IMG/VR virus record: IMGVR_UViG_3300015371_000010
Location: 18,688 to 82,687 of that record
Direction: 5' to 3' (one strand)
Source of the DNA: a virus
Length of the DNA stretch: 64,000 nt
Shown here: positions 9,431 through 18,140 of the stretch, in pieces
Layout of the letters: the number at the start of each line of letters is the position of its first letter
Position numbering within the stretch: position 1 is the stretch's first letter
The notes under the pieces: generated by a model
Seen by the model: only the letters and a program-made list of their open reading frames with translations
Databases searched by the model: none
What the model was told of the DNA's origin: nothing
Made by a program: the position numbers and the translations under genes

Positions 9431-10168
9431 GTGAGTGCATACCGCTGGGCTCATGGGAACACCCACTTCCCGCTGATGCGGGACAAGACGATGTCGCGCT
9501 GGCAGCAGTGCGAGAACCTGATCAGCGCCCAGGCGGGCAAGGCGGTGGCGCGGGGAGTGCCCTACTTCCTGACCGTGGATCACAACGATCACAGCGGGGA
9601 CAGGTTCAATCCCAAGGGCTTCCGACGTATCGGTGGGCACGGGATCGATTACATCGGGGTCAGGCTGCCTGAGGACTGGAAGCTCCAGCCCAGCGACAAG
9701 GGGCGGGCCAAGAGCGTCAGCATTCTGAACGAGAAGATGGTGCCCGGGACCATCGACAGGCATGACTTCTACGGGGCTCGGGTGCTGATCGTCTACACCG
9801 AGCAGGTCCAGCTCCGGTTCTGGCTGGTCACCGCCAACCTGGGTCGTGGTGAGCCGGTGAATGTGTTCGAGCGCAATGTGCGCCGGATCAAGCGGGCCTT
9901 CCCCAAGGAGGCCTCGTTCGGGTTCCAGGAGATCGATGAGGCTGATCGGCCGCGGGAGCATGAGGAGTTGCGCCAGGAGTTCCCCCGGGCCCGGATGGTG
10001 GGCTGGGGCACGATGAACCCGATCGTGACCAAGAGGCTGATGGTGCGCTCGGCCCGGATCACTAAGGCCTGTGATGGCCTGGCCAGGTACACCCCGACCC
10101 GGATGCTGGCCGAGGGCGAGTTCGAGGTGAAGGGTGATATCACCAAGCGAAGTGATATCAGTGGGTGA
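9431..10168 (+). CDS. EEP (endonuclease/exonuclease/phosphatase) fold protein, circularly permuted
   Basis: Motifs NTHF, TVDHN, IDYIG, IDRH come before LVTANLG and FGFQEID, the reverse of the canonical order. Confidence 0.65.
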   Translation: MSAYRWAHGNTHFPLMRDKTMSRWQQCENLISAQAGKAVARGVPYFLTVDHNDHSGDRFNPKGFRRIGGHGIDYIGVRLPEDWKLQPSDKGRAKSVSILNEKMVPGTIDRHDFYGARVLIVYTEQVQLRFWLVTANLGRGEPVNVFERNVRRIKRAFPKEASFGFQEIDEADRPREHEELRQEFPRARMVGWGTMNPIVTKRLMVRSARITKACDGLARYTPTRMLAEGEFEVKGDITKRSDISG

Positions 10169-10179
10169 TATCACCAAGC
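10132..10179. promoter_or_regulatory. Palindromic operator array (probable RHH binding sites)
   Basis: Perfect palindrome GGTGATATCACC at 10133-10144 and 10164-10175, with core TGATATCA at 10153-10160; 17-nt direct repeat GGGTGATATCACCAAGC. Confidence 0.6.
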
Positions 10180-10337
10180 AGGTCTCGCTGCGGCTGCCCG
10201 CGCACCAGCTGAACGAGGTGGACGAGCGGGCCGAGGCGCTGGGCATCTCCCGCAACCAGTGGTTCGAGAACATGCTCGACTGGGTGCTGCTGCACACCTA
10301 CACGAACGCCGCGGGTGAGGTGCAGCGCAAGGGATGA
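10161..10337 (+). CDS. Ribbon-helix-helix (CopG/Arc-like) regulator
   Basis: KQVSLRLPAHQLNEVDERAEALGISRNQWF; start is either GTG 10134 or GTG 10161. Confidence 0.8.
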   Translation: MGDITKQVSLRLPAHQLNEVDERAEALGISRNQWFENMLDWVLLHTYTNAAGEVQRKG

Positions 10338-10344
10338 TGTGGCC

Positions 10345-11508
10345 ATGGCGGGCGAGAACCACTGGTACCACCAGAACGGCGACCTCTACACGCTGACCCA
10401 GCTGGCCAAGCTGGATGTCGGTGATGTGGTCTACCGCAAGGGCGGAGCCAGGAACAAGCTCGACCAGGCCGAGCTCAATGCCATCAAGGCCTATCTGCAG
10501 GCCAACAAGGCCCAGGCCCAGCACCAGGCCAAGTTCCCGCAGTTCGGGCACATCCACTGCTCATCGCGGTTCGACCGCTCTGCGGCTTCGCTGGAGGCGG
10601 ACCTGGATGACTGGATGAGCCAGGTCGGGCTGATCACCCTGACCGAGATCAGCAACGACAACCGGGCCAACCAGATGCGGGAGAAGGGCTGGCAGTACTA
10701 CAACGCCAAGGCCTCCCAGGGCCAGGACGAGTGCGGTACCGCCTGGCGGATGGACACCTGGCGTCGGGTGGCGGCCACGGTGCGCAAGCTCAACAACGAG
10801 CAGTACTACCGCCTGGACGGGAGAGTGGCCGATCCCGTGGTCAGCTCCACGGTGGTGCTCAAGCGGGCCGATACCGGGCATCGGCTGATGGTCTCGGTCA
10901 CGCACATGCCCGCGCATGTGGAGGGCAGAGGTGGCTGGCGGACCACGGAGAACAAGTGGCAGGCCCGCAAGGCCGCCTACCTGAGCTCCCTGGCCAACTG
11001 GGCCACCCATGTCCAGGCCCTGGAGAACCAGTACAAGCCGGACGCCACGCTGGTGGTGGCGGACTGGAACCTCAACCTCAAGGAGGAGTGGGTCAGGGAT
11101 CTGCTGCGCAACCGCTGGGGCGCGGCCTATCGGCAGGCCTGGACGCACTTCCCCACCAGTGGTGGAAGCCTGGTAGGAGGCGCCTCCGCGCCCCCAGGCG
11201 CGCCGGGCAAGGGCTATGGCGACCGAATCATCGACGGCACCCTGATCAGGGGCGTGGAGACGATCGGCGGCCCAGTGCTGATGCCACGAGTGAGCAGCTC
11301 GGATCACCGGCCCTACCGAGAGAGCTTCGAGTTCACCACCAAGGCCGGCCATCCGGGCTCAGCCGGTGCGGCTGGCGGGGATGGAGACGATGAGGCCACC
11401 GGAGACACTCACCGTGGCGACCCCTGGTGGGGCTTCGGGGACTACATGGACGACGAGATCTACCAGGTCCCGGTCACGGTGGGTGCGCCTGGAGGTGAGG
11501 TGCTGTGA
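10345..11508 (+). CDS. EEP family nuclease/phosphatase (canonical order)
   Basis: LITLTEI, VTHMP, VVADWN, RIIDG, SSDHRP; acidic C-terminal tail. Confidence 0.8.
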   Translation: MAGENHWYHQNGDLYTLTQLAKLDVGDVVYRKGGARNKLDQAELNAIKAYLQANKAQAQHQAKFPQFGHIHCSSRFDRSAASLEADLDDWMSQVGLITLTEISNDNRANQMREKGWQYYNAKASQGQDECGTAWRMDTWRRVAATVRKLNNEQYYRLDGRVADPVVSSTVVLKRADTGHRLMVSVTHMPAHVEGRGGWRTTENKWQARKAAYLSSLANWATHVQALENQYKPDATLVVADWNLNLKEEWVRDLLRNRWGAAYRQAWTHFPTSGGSLVGGASAPPGAPGKGYGDRIIDGTLIRGVETIGGPVLMPRVSSSDHRPYRESFEFTTKAGHPGSAGAAGGDGDDEATGDTHRGDPWWGFGDYMDDEIYQVPVTVGAPGGEVL

Positions 11509-11657
11509 GCGAAGAGCCATCGGTGATCGTCTACTGCGAGAACGACCATTGCCGGGTGCTGCTGTTCTCCACCAGGGCCAAGGCCACCCAGGGCGAGGTT
11601 GCGGAGCAGGAGAACTGCCCGGGCTGCGGCCAGTTCGGACGGACCAAGGGCAAGTGA
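11505..11657 (+). CDS. 50-aa Zn-ribbon protein (not in ORF track)
   Basis: GTGA overlap; MSEEPSVIVYCENDHC...ENCPGCGQFGRTKGK*. Confidence 0.6.
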   Translation: MSEEPSVIVYCENDHCRVLLFSTRAKATQGEVAEQENCPGCGQFGRTKGK

Positions 11658-11686
11658 GGGTACTGGGTGAGGAGGAGGTGAGAGCC

Positions 11687-11779
11687 ATGGACAACGAGAC
11701 GTTCCACTGGCTCATCCTGATCGGCGTGATCGTGGTCATCGTGCTGCTGATCGTGCCCTTGGTGAGGCCCAGGCGGTGA
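11687..11779 (+). CDS. 30-aa single-pass membrane protein
   Basis: GGAGGAGG RBS; MDNETFHWLILIGVIVVIVLLIVPLVRPRR. Confidence 0.65.
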   Translation: MDNETFHWLILIGVIVVIVLLIVPLVRPRR

Positions 11780-11783
11780 TGAC

Positions 11784-11861
11784 ATGAGCACACTGATCTG
11801 GGTGCTGATCATCGTGGTGATCGTGGTGCTGGTACTGGCCCTGTTGCGCGGCCGGTTCTAG
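11784..11861 (+). CDS. 25-aa single-pass membrane protein
   Basis: MSTLIWVLIIVVIVVLVLALLRGRF*. Confidence 0.55.
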   Translation: MSTLIWVLIIVVIVVLVLALLRGRF

Positions 11862-11962
11862 TGCCGGCATGGCTTCCTACCGTCCTGATCATCGCCGGCG
11901 TACTGCTGGTCGTGGCCTGGGTCTTCCGTGTCCCACCGTTTCGGGGTAGAGACAAGGGATGA
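11861..11962 (+). CDS. 33-aa single-pass membrane protein
   Basis: TAGTG overlap upstream and ATGA overlap with ruvC; MPAWLPTVLIIAGVLLVVAWVFRVPPFRGRDKG*. Confidence 0.55.
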   Translation: MPAWLPTVLIIAGVLLVVAWVFRVPPFRGRDKG

Positions 11963-12492
11963 GCATCGTCGGCATCGATCTGGGCGTGCACAAGATCGCC
12001 CTGGTCTGCATCACCACGGGTGAGCAGGAGGCCTGGCTGTACTCGGCCACCCATCTCGAGCGCGACCTCCAGCTGTCCGAGCTGGGGGCGATGGCCCATG
12101 ACTTCTGCCTGCTGCACCAGGCCGATTCGGTGTGGATCGAGGACGTGATCATCGGCAACAACCGGAAGTACTCCATCGGCCTGGCTCAGACCCTGGGCGC
12201 GGTGATGGCGGATCTGGCTCAGCTCCGGATGGGACAGGGCACCGACATCTGCACCGTGGACAACAAGACCTGGAAGAAGGCCCTGCTCGGCAACGGCAAT
12301 GCCAGCAAGGATGAGATCAGGGACTACATCGATGTGAGTCAATCTGGCTATGCTCCGCAATGTGAGGGCGAGCAAGACCTATACGACGCCACCTGCATCG
12401 CCCTCTACGGACAACAGATCCTGGATCGAGCCGCCCACCTCCAGCTACAGCCTGGACGAGTGGATTCAGAGGACGAATCAGTTCGTTCCTGA
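11959..12492 (+). CDS. ruvC: RuvC-like Holliday junction resolvase
   Basis: IVGIDLG, VWIED, WKKALLGNGNASKDEI, DLYDATCIA. Confidence 0.88.
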   Translation: MSIVGIDLGVHKIALVCITTGEQEAWLYSATHLERDLQLSELGAMAHDFCLLHQADSVWIEDVIIGNNRKYSIGLAQTLGAVMADLAQLRMGQGTDICTVDNKTWKKALLGNGNASKDEIRDYIDVSQSGYAPQCEGEQDLYDATCIALYGQQILDRAAHLQLQPGRVDSEDESVRS

Positions 12493-12973
12493 GACCGACT
12501 CCGAACGCTGGGTCAGCTACAACATCGACGACCTCTATCCCGAGTGGCAGGTGCGCGCGCACTGTCGTGGGGTGGGGGTCGCCTACTACTTCGGGGACGA
12601 TGACGACCAGCCGACCATGTCCATCAAGGCGGTACGCCGGGCCTCGAAGCTGTGCGAGGTCTGCCCGGTGTTCGTGGAGTGCCTGACCTGGGCCTTGACC
12701 ACGCGCGAGGAGTACGGGGTCTGGGCCGGCACCTCAGGGCGAGTGCGCCGGCGGATCTTCAAGATGGTGGACAATGGCGACACCACCGTGGCTGAGGTGG
12801 TTGAGAGGTTCTGCAATGGACAAGGTGACACCTATCGACTCCCCGGAAAAGCGGAGACGCAAGCCCGTGGTGACCTCGTCCCGATCCATCCGGGACAAGT
12901 CGGTGGAACTGGAGCGGATGCGGAAGGCCCGCTCGGCCTACGAGCTGGTGCTGGCGGGGAAGTCGCACTCTGA
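12350..12973 (+). CDS. whiB: WhiB family transcription factor (start uncertain, probably downstream)
   Basis: WQVRAHC...KLCEVCPVFVECL...YGVWAGTS..R; four Cys plus the G(V/I)W(G/A)G turn. Confidence 0.85.
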   Translation: MLRNVRASKTYTTPPASPSTDNRSWIEPPTSSYSLDEWIQRTNQFVPETDSERWVSYNIDDLYPEWQVRAHCRGVGVAYYFGDDDDQPTMSIKAVRRASKLCEVCPVFVECLTWALTTREEYGVWAGTSGRVRRRIFKMVDNGDTTVAEVVERFCNGQGDTYRLPGKAETQARGDLVPIHPGQVGGTGADAEGPLGLRAGAGGEVAL

Positions 12974-13319
12974 GATCGCAGAGCTCCTGGACCTGAGCGG
13001 TGGCGACGTGGTCTGGACCATGATGACCGAGATGTTCCTCAAGGATGCTCGCCGGCTCACCGCCGCTGAGCGCCAGGAGATGCTCGGCACCGAGCTGCTC
13101 CGGCTCAACGCCCTGCAGGCCGCGGTCTGGCCGGCAGCCATGATGGGTGATCCCAAGTCCGTGGACTCGGCGGTGCGGATCATCCAGGCCCGTGCCAGGA
13201 TCTCCGGGCTGGAGCAGGTCGACCCGGTGGTGCAGAAGAACCTGGTCCTGGTGATGGGGGAGAAGGAAGAGGACTACATCGCCGCGCTCAAGGCGGCTGG
13301 CGGGGACGGCGAGGATTAG
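12816..13319 (+). CDS. Probable terminase small subunit (HTH + helical)
   Basis: AYELVLAGKSHSEIAELL HTH followed by ELLRLNALQAAVWPAAMMGD...RARISGL, a pattern typical of actinophage TerS-like proteins. Confidence 0.6.
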   Translation: MDKVTPIDSPEKRRRKPVVTSSRSIRDKSVELERMRKARSAYELVLAGKSHSEIAELLDLSGGDVVWTMMTEMFLKDARRLTAAERQEMLGTELLRLNALQAAVWPAAMMGDPKSVDSAVRIIQARARISGLEQVDPVVQKNLVLVMGEKEEDYIAALKAAGGDGED

Positions 13320-13322
13320 GTC

Positions 13323-13715
13323 ATGGGAGCCGCGTACGTTCCGATCGACATCGACCAGGGCGAGGACTGGACCGGGAATGTCATCTACACCGATGACTTC
13401 GACCAGCCCTACAACGTGATCGCTCCGTGCCGGCTGGACATCAAGTCCAAGCAGGGCGCCACCCAGCTGTCCCTGACCACGCCGGCCGATGACGAGGTGA
13501 TCCCGGAGGGGATGATCCCGGAGATCACGCTGAGCAGCGACATCGGGCTGATCCAGATCCACATCGAGGACACGGTCACCGCGGCCATGGTGCCCGGGGT
13601 CTACAACTACGACCTGTTCGTGACCGTGAATGACGGGAACGAGTACTCGGGCAACCAGATCCAGCGGCTGATCAAGGGCGAGGTCACCGTGAACCAGAGA
13701 GTGACGGTGCTGTGA
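13323..13715 (+). CDS. Virion structural adaptor (Ig-like/BppU-like)
   Basis: IDIDQGEDW...GVYNYDLFV...RLIKGEVTV pattern. Confidence 0.6.
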   Translation: MGAAYVPIDIDQGEDWTGNVIYTDDFDQPYNVIAPCRLDIKSKQGATQLSLTTPADDEVIPEGMIPEITLSSDIGLIQIHIEDTVTAAMVPGVYNYDLFVTVNDGNEYSGNQIQRLIKGEVTVNQRVTVL

Positions 13716-13716
13716 G

Positions 13717-14406
13717 ATGGCGAACGTAGTCAGACTGGTCAACGGCGGGTCCATCCAGGTCCGCACCGGGGTGCTGCAGGGCATCGGCCCGATCGGCCCG
13801 CGTGGGGTGGCTGGCCCGCAGGGCATCGACGGTCCCCAAGGACCACAGGGCGACCAGGGCCCGATCGGCCAGATCCTGCAGCTGCAGGGCAAGTCCAACG
13901 TGGCCACCAACAACCCGTTAGCCGCGAACACCGACAGCCTGATCGCCTTCGGCTCGGTGAGCTATGACGACCTGAGCTGCTTCACCTCCACCTCGAACAT
14001 CACCCTGGTCACGCCGGGCGACTACCTGCTCAGCGCCTGGCTCAGGTTCGACGACGCCGCAGCTACCGCCCGAGAGCTGTGGTTCCAGGTCGGCAGCACC
14101 ACCATCGCCAGAACCAGCAGGATGGCCGGTAGTGGTGCTGCCTTCTATGTGGACCTGGCCAGCCAGTACCGAGCGGCGGCGGGTGAGGTGGTCAACGTGA
14201 TGGCCCGCACCGGCACGGCCACGGGCGTGAGCATGGGCCAGGTGATGGTGACCAGGATCGGCTCCGGCCCGGTGGGACCGGTCGGTCCGCCTGGACCGCA
14301 GGGCTTGGTTGGTCCGCAGGGCATCCAGGGCCCGAAGGGTGACGACGGAGACGCGAACAGCGGTTTCGGCACCTACGCGGACCTGATGGCCGCCACTGGC
14401 CCCTAG
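13717..14406 (+). CDS. Collagen-repeat fibre protein
   Basis: Two (Gly-X-Y)n runs flanking a C1q/TNF-like beta domain. Confidence 0.75.
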   Translation: MANVVRLVNGGSIQVRTGVLQGIGPIGPRGVAGPQGIDGPQGPQGDQGPIGQILQLQGKSNVATNNPLAANTDSLIAFGSVSYDDLSCFTSTSNITLVTPGDYLLSAWLRFDDAAATARELWFQVGSTTIARTSRMAGSGAAFYVDLASQYRAAAGEVVNVMARTGTATGVSMGQVMVTRIGSGPVGPVGPPGPQGLVGPQGIQGPKGDDGDANSGFGTYADLMAATGP

Positions 14407-14415
14407 CATCAGCCC

Positions 14416-16545
14416 ATGACCTTCGACCAGGCTCAGTCCCCCAGGCTGGGTCAACGGACACCGGTCGAGTCCACCTATGTCCGATCCTTCGATGTCACCC
14501 CAGGCAACGACATCGCAGACCTGCTGGAGGCGGCCTGGCCCGGTCAGCTCATCCACCGGGCCGACCTGAACATCCTGCAGATCTACGACGGTGCGGCCTG
14601 GCTGGACATCGCTGGTGGCATCGCCGGCAACCGCACCTTCGTGGGCGATGAGCCCCCGACCGAGGGCCCGTTCAACATCGGGGACCTCTGGTATGACCAG
14701 AACGACGCCTACCGGGCCTACATCTGGGACGGGGACAGCTGGGAGCCGACCAAGGCCGGCGGTGGGGTGCTCACCTTCCGCCAGCCCGAGCCGCCCACCT
14801 CGGTGAACATCGGGGACATCTGGATCGACTCCGACGACAAGAACAAGCAGTACCGGGCCAACCGGGTCGGGATCAACACCATCAGCGCCGACGGGATCGA
14901 GGACGGCTGGGTGCTGGTCCGGGACACCGATATCCCGGTGGCCCTGGACACCGCGAACCGGAAGACCCGGGCCTACTACGCGCCCGGCTTCCTGGCCGAT
15001 GACGACAGCGACCCGACCACGTTGGCCCCGATCGGCTGGCTGACCACAGCCCCGGACGGTGCTCCACTGACCATCGGGGACATCTGGTATCAGACCGACT
15101 ACTCCAACCATCCGTGGTTCTGGGCCGGTCCGGACACCAGCGCCCCCAATGCCGGCTGGGTGGACGCGGTCGATCCGAACGTGGCCAGCAGCATCGACCT
15201 GTCCAAGCTGGCCACCCAGGTGGAGAACCTGACCCTGACCAGCTCCTCCACCAACAACACCGCAGATACTGCGGACGGCCGGATCTCCACCTCGGACTAC
15301 CGACCCGGCATCGATGACCTGACCTACACCCAGACCCAGAAGCGACTGGACTCCTCGGTCAGCCCACCGGTGGAGATCGAGGTGCAGTACCAGGTGCCTC
15401 GGGTGGACGGCTCGATCTGGTTCACCCAGACCCGCCCGCGCGTGAACTACTGCACCAACCCCAGCTTCGAGGTCGACACCCAGTTCTGGACCAACTCGGC
15501 CTGCACCGTGGCCCGGACCACCGCACCCGATGTGCCGGCCGGGATGTGGACGCTGCAGGTGACCAACACCACCACGGCGGACCACAACGTGGCCTGGGGT
15601 GTGAGCACGCCGGCGCCGGCCTCCCAGGGTCAGGCCTGGACCGCCTCGATCTTCGCCGAGCTGATCAGCGGCAACGGCACCGGGCTGACCATCCAGCTGG
15701 TCTGGCTGGACGCCAGCAACGCGGTGCTGGCCCTGGACCAGAGCGCCCCCTTCGATCTGGTCCTCAACGCCTGGTCACCCGAGATCGCCGGCACCATCGC
15801 TGAGCCGCGGTACTGGGTGACCGCTACGGCGCCGGCGAACACCGCTGGGGTCTACCTCCGGGTCAGCAGTCCACACGGTGCGAACGACTCCGATGTCTGG
15901 CACATGGGTGCGGCGCTGCTGGAGCCGCGCGCGGACCTGGGCCGGTACTTCGACGGCGACTCCTGGACCGTGATGGGTGGAGACGGGCACTGGCAGGGCA
16001 CGCCGCATGCCTCCCGCTCCGAGCTCACCGGCGACCGGATCTTCCAGGTCTGGGAGCTGCGGGAGAGCAACTGGGTGCGCAAGTACCTCACCGACGACGC
16101 CCAGGCCCCGGTGAACGGCAGTGTGCTGGTCGGCACCATCGACGGGGAGCTGATCGCGGACAACTCCCTGACCCCGGAGAAGCAGCAGGCGGCCCTGGTC
16201 AAGGCCTACGAGGCGCTGAGCTACGGGGACCTGGTGCACATCTACAACGACCACGGCGTCTTCACCGCGCGCAAGGCCGATGCCTCGTTGGGCAAGGTCT
16301 ACGAGGCGCACGGCTATGTCATCGACACCGCGGCTTCGGGCGCGAACGTACGGGTCTACCACGTCGGCTACATGGACCTGCCTGGGGTGACCCTGACCCC
16401 GGGCTCGCAGTGGCTGTCCACCACGCCCGGCAAGACCCAGACCCGGCCGCCCAATGGTCCTGGCCAGCTGATCCAGATGGTCGGCGTCGCGCCCAGTGCG
16501 CACATCCTCAACTTCGAGCCCCGGCTAGCTGTGAAGATCACCTGA
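14416..16545 (+). CDS. Fibre protein with IGDxW repeats, carbohydrate-binding-like domain and cement-like C-terminal domain
   Basis: Repeats P..IGD(L/I)W(Y/I); NYCTNPSFE CBM-type start; YFDGD; C-terminal EALSYGDLV...ADA...GQLIQMVGVA. Confidence 0.7.
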   Translation: MTFDQAQSPRLGQRTPVESTYVRSFDVTPGNDIADLLEAAWPGQLIHRADLNILQIYDGAAWLDIAGGIAGNRTFVGDEPPTEGPFNIGDLWYDQNDAYRAYIWDGDSWEPTKAGGGVLTFRQPEPPTSVNIGDIWIDSDDKNKQYRANRVGINTISADGIEDGWVLVRDTDIPVALDTANRKTRAYYAPGFLADDDSDPTTLAPIGWLTTAPDGAPLTIGDIWYQTDYSNHPWFWAGPDTSAPNAGWVDAVDPNVASSIDLSKLATQVENLTLTSSSTNNTADTADGRISTSDYRPGIDDLTYTQTQKRLDSSVSPPVEIEVQYQVPRVDGSIWFTQTRPRVNYCTNPSFEVDTQFWTNSACTVARTTAPDVPAGMWTLQVTNTTTADHNVAWGVSTPAPASQGQAWTASIFAELISGNGTGLTIQLVWLDASNAVLALDQSAPFDLVLNAWSPEIAGTIAEPRYWVTATAPANTAGVYLRVSSPHGANDSDVWHMGAALLEPRADLGRYFDGDSWTVMGGDGHWQGTPHASRSELTGDRIFQVWELRESNWVRKYLTDDAQAPVNGSVLVGTIDGELIADNSLTPEKQQAALVKAYEALSYGDLVHIYNDHGVFTARKADASLGKVYEAHGYVIDTAASGANVRVYHVGYMDLPGVTLTPGSQWLSTTPGKTQTRPPNGPGQLIQMVGVAPSAHILNFEPRLAVKIT

Positions 16546-18125
16546 TGGGCACCGACTGGGGAGCGTATGAGAACTCCGGAGGCCGAGGCATCCGGTGTGG
16601 TCTCACCTACAACTGGCAGGCGGTCGGCCATGGAGACGGCAATGCGCACCTGGACCTCGACTGCCTGACCCAGAACAGCGCCAAGTACAACAACGACGCC
16701 CAGAGCCTGAACATCTCCGGTGACTGGACCTTCACGGTCAACTACACCAACGACCAGGGCACCGGGGTCATCACTCGAAACTCGCGCACGCTCGCCTGGT
16801 CCTACCCTGGCAACTCCTACGGCTCCTCACCGGGCAACATCACCGTCAAGTCCCTGCTCAGCGGGGCGGACAACGGGGTCACTCCTGGTGTCCAGGTCAC
16901 GTTGGCGATCCCGGCTCGGCCCTATGGAGCGCCGAATGCGCCGTTCTTCCAGTCCGCGCAGGCCCAGTCCGACACCCAGATCCTGGTGCAGTGGCTGCAG
17001 CAGCCCACCGTTGGTGAGCCGTACCAAGCGGTCTACGTAGACCGGTACACCTACAACTTCGAGTCCTGGACCCGGATCATGAACGGCGGCGCGACCGGGG
17101 CCACCTCCGGCTCGGTGATGGCCGGCGCCCAGGCGAACCGGAAGTACACCTATCGGGTCTGGGCGGCCAACAGCGCTGGCAGCTCGGCGGCGGTGCAGAC
17201 CAACGATGAGTACACCTCGCCGGGAGCTCCCGTGGGCGTGAGCCGGACCACGGCGGGCACCACCCAGAACCTGGCCTGGACCAACAACGTCGGCTATAGC
17301 GAGTACCAGACCGAGATCTGGGTCTCGGTCAACGGGGGCGGCTGGTCCCTGCTGGCCACCAAGGCAGCCGGAGTCACCACGCACGCGCACACCGGCACCT
17401 CGGTGGCGAACAAGTACAAGTACCAGCTCCGAACCAAGGCCACCGAAGAGCTCTCGCTCTACTCGGCCTACGTGGTGACCGACGAGTCCTCAGGTGTCAC
17501 GACAGCCCCAGCCGCCCCGACCGCACTGGCTCCCGGTGGCGACATCGTGGTCGATGGCCTCAACCCCGTGGTGATGAGCTGGACCTACAACAGCACCGAC
17601 GGCTCGGACCAGACCCAGTTCGAGCTCCAGCACCGGGAGGTGGGCACCAGTACCTGGAATGTCACCTCGCCACCGGTGAACATCACCGCGACCCGGAACT
17701 ACACCCTTGCCGGTGGCACCTACGACTACTCCAAGCACGTGGAGTGGCAGGTACGCACCTGGGGTGTGAACACCTCGCTGCCCTCGCCCTGGGCCTCGGC
17801 GTCCTTCCTGACTGCGGACGAGGTGCCGGTCAAGTACCCGCTGGTGATCAACCTGTCCTCGGGCCGGGTGGAGGCACTCTCCGGTGGTGGCGCGGCCGGG
17901 GTCGGGGATGCGAACGTCTTCTACTACGAGCAGAACTACACCACGGCCACCACCACGGTGGGCTACAACCATGGCCTGGGGACCAAGGGACTGGAGATCG
18001 AGTTCTACGACTCGGGTGGAGTCCAGCGGTTCGGAGACGTGACCAAGACCGCCGACACGATCACCATGACTTTCTATCACCCAGTGACTGGGCTGATGAT
18101 CGTGTACGGCGCGGTTGCGGCCTAA
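16545..18125 (+). CDS. Minor structural protein with fibronectin type III repeats
   Basis: TGATG overlap; PNAP..W..YTYRVWAANSAGSS FN3-like repeats; C-terminal HGLG domain. Confidence 0.75.
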   Translation: MGTDWGAYENSGGRGIRCGLTYNWQAVGHGDGNAHLDLDCLTQNSAKYNNDAQSLNISGDWTFTVNYTNDQGTGVITRNSRTLAWSYPGNSYGSSPGNITVKSLLSGADNGVTPGVQVTLAIPARPYGAPNAPFFQSAQAQSDTQILVQWLQQPTVGEPYQAVYVDRYTYNFESWTRIMNGGATGATSGSVMAGAQANRKYTYRVWAANSAGSSAAVQTNDEYTSPGAPVGVSRTTAGTTQNLAWTNNVGYSEYQTEIWVSVNGGGWSLLATKAAGVTTHAHTGTSVANKYKYQLRTKATEELSLYSAYVVTDESSGVTTAPAAPTALAPGGDIVVDGLNPVVMSWTYNSTDGSDQTQFELQHREVGTSTWNVTSPPVNITATRNYTLAGGTYDYSKHVEWQVRTWGVNTSLPSPWASASFLTADEVPVKYPLVINLSSGRVEALSGGGAAGVGDANVFYYEQNYTTATTTVGYNHGLGTKGLEIEFYDSGGVQRFGDVTKTADTITMTFYHPVTGLMIVYGAVAA

Positions 18126-18140
18126 GGACGAGGAGACGCG

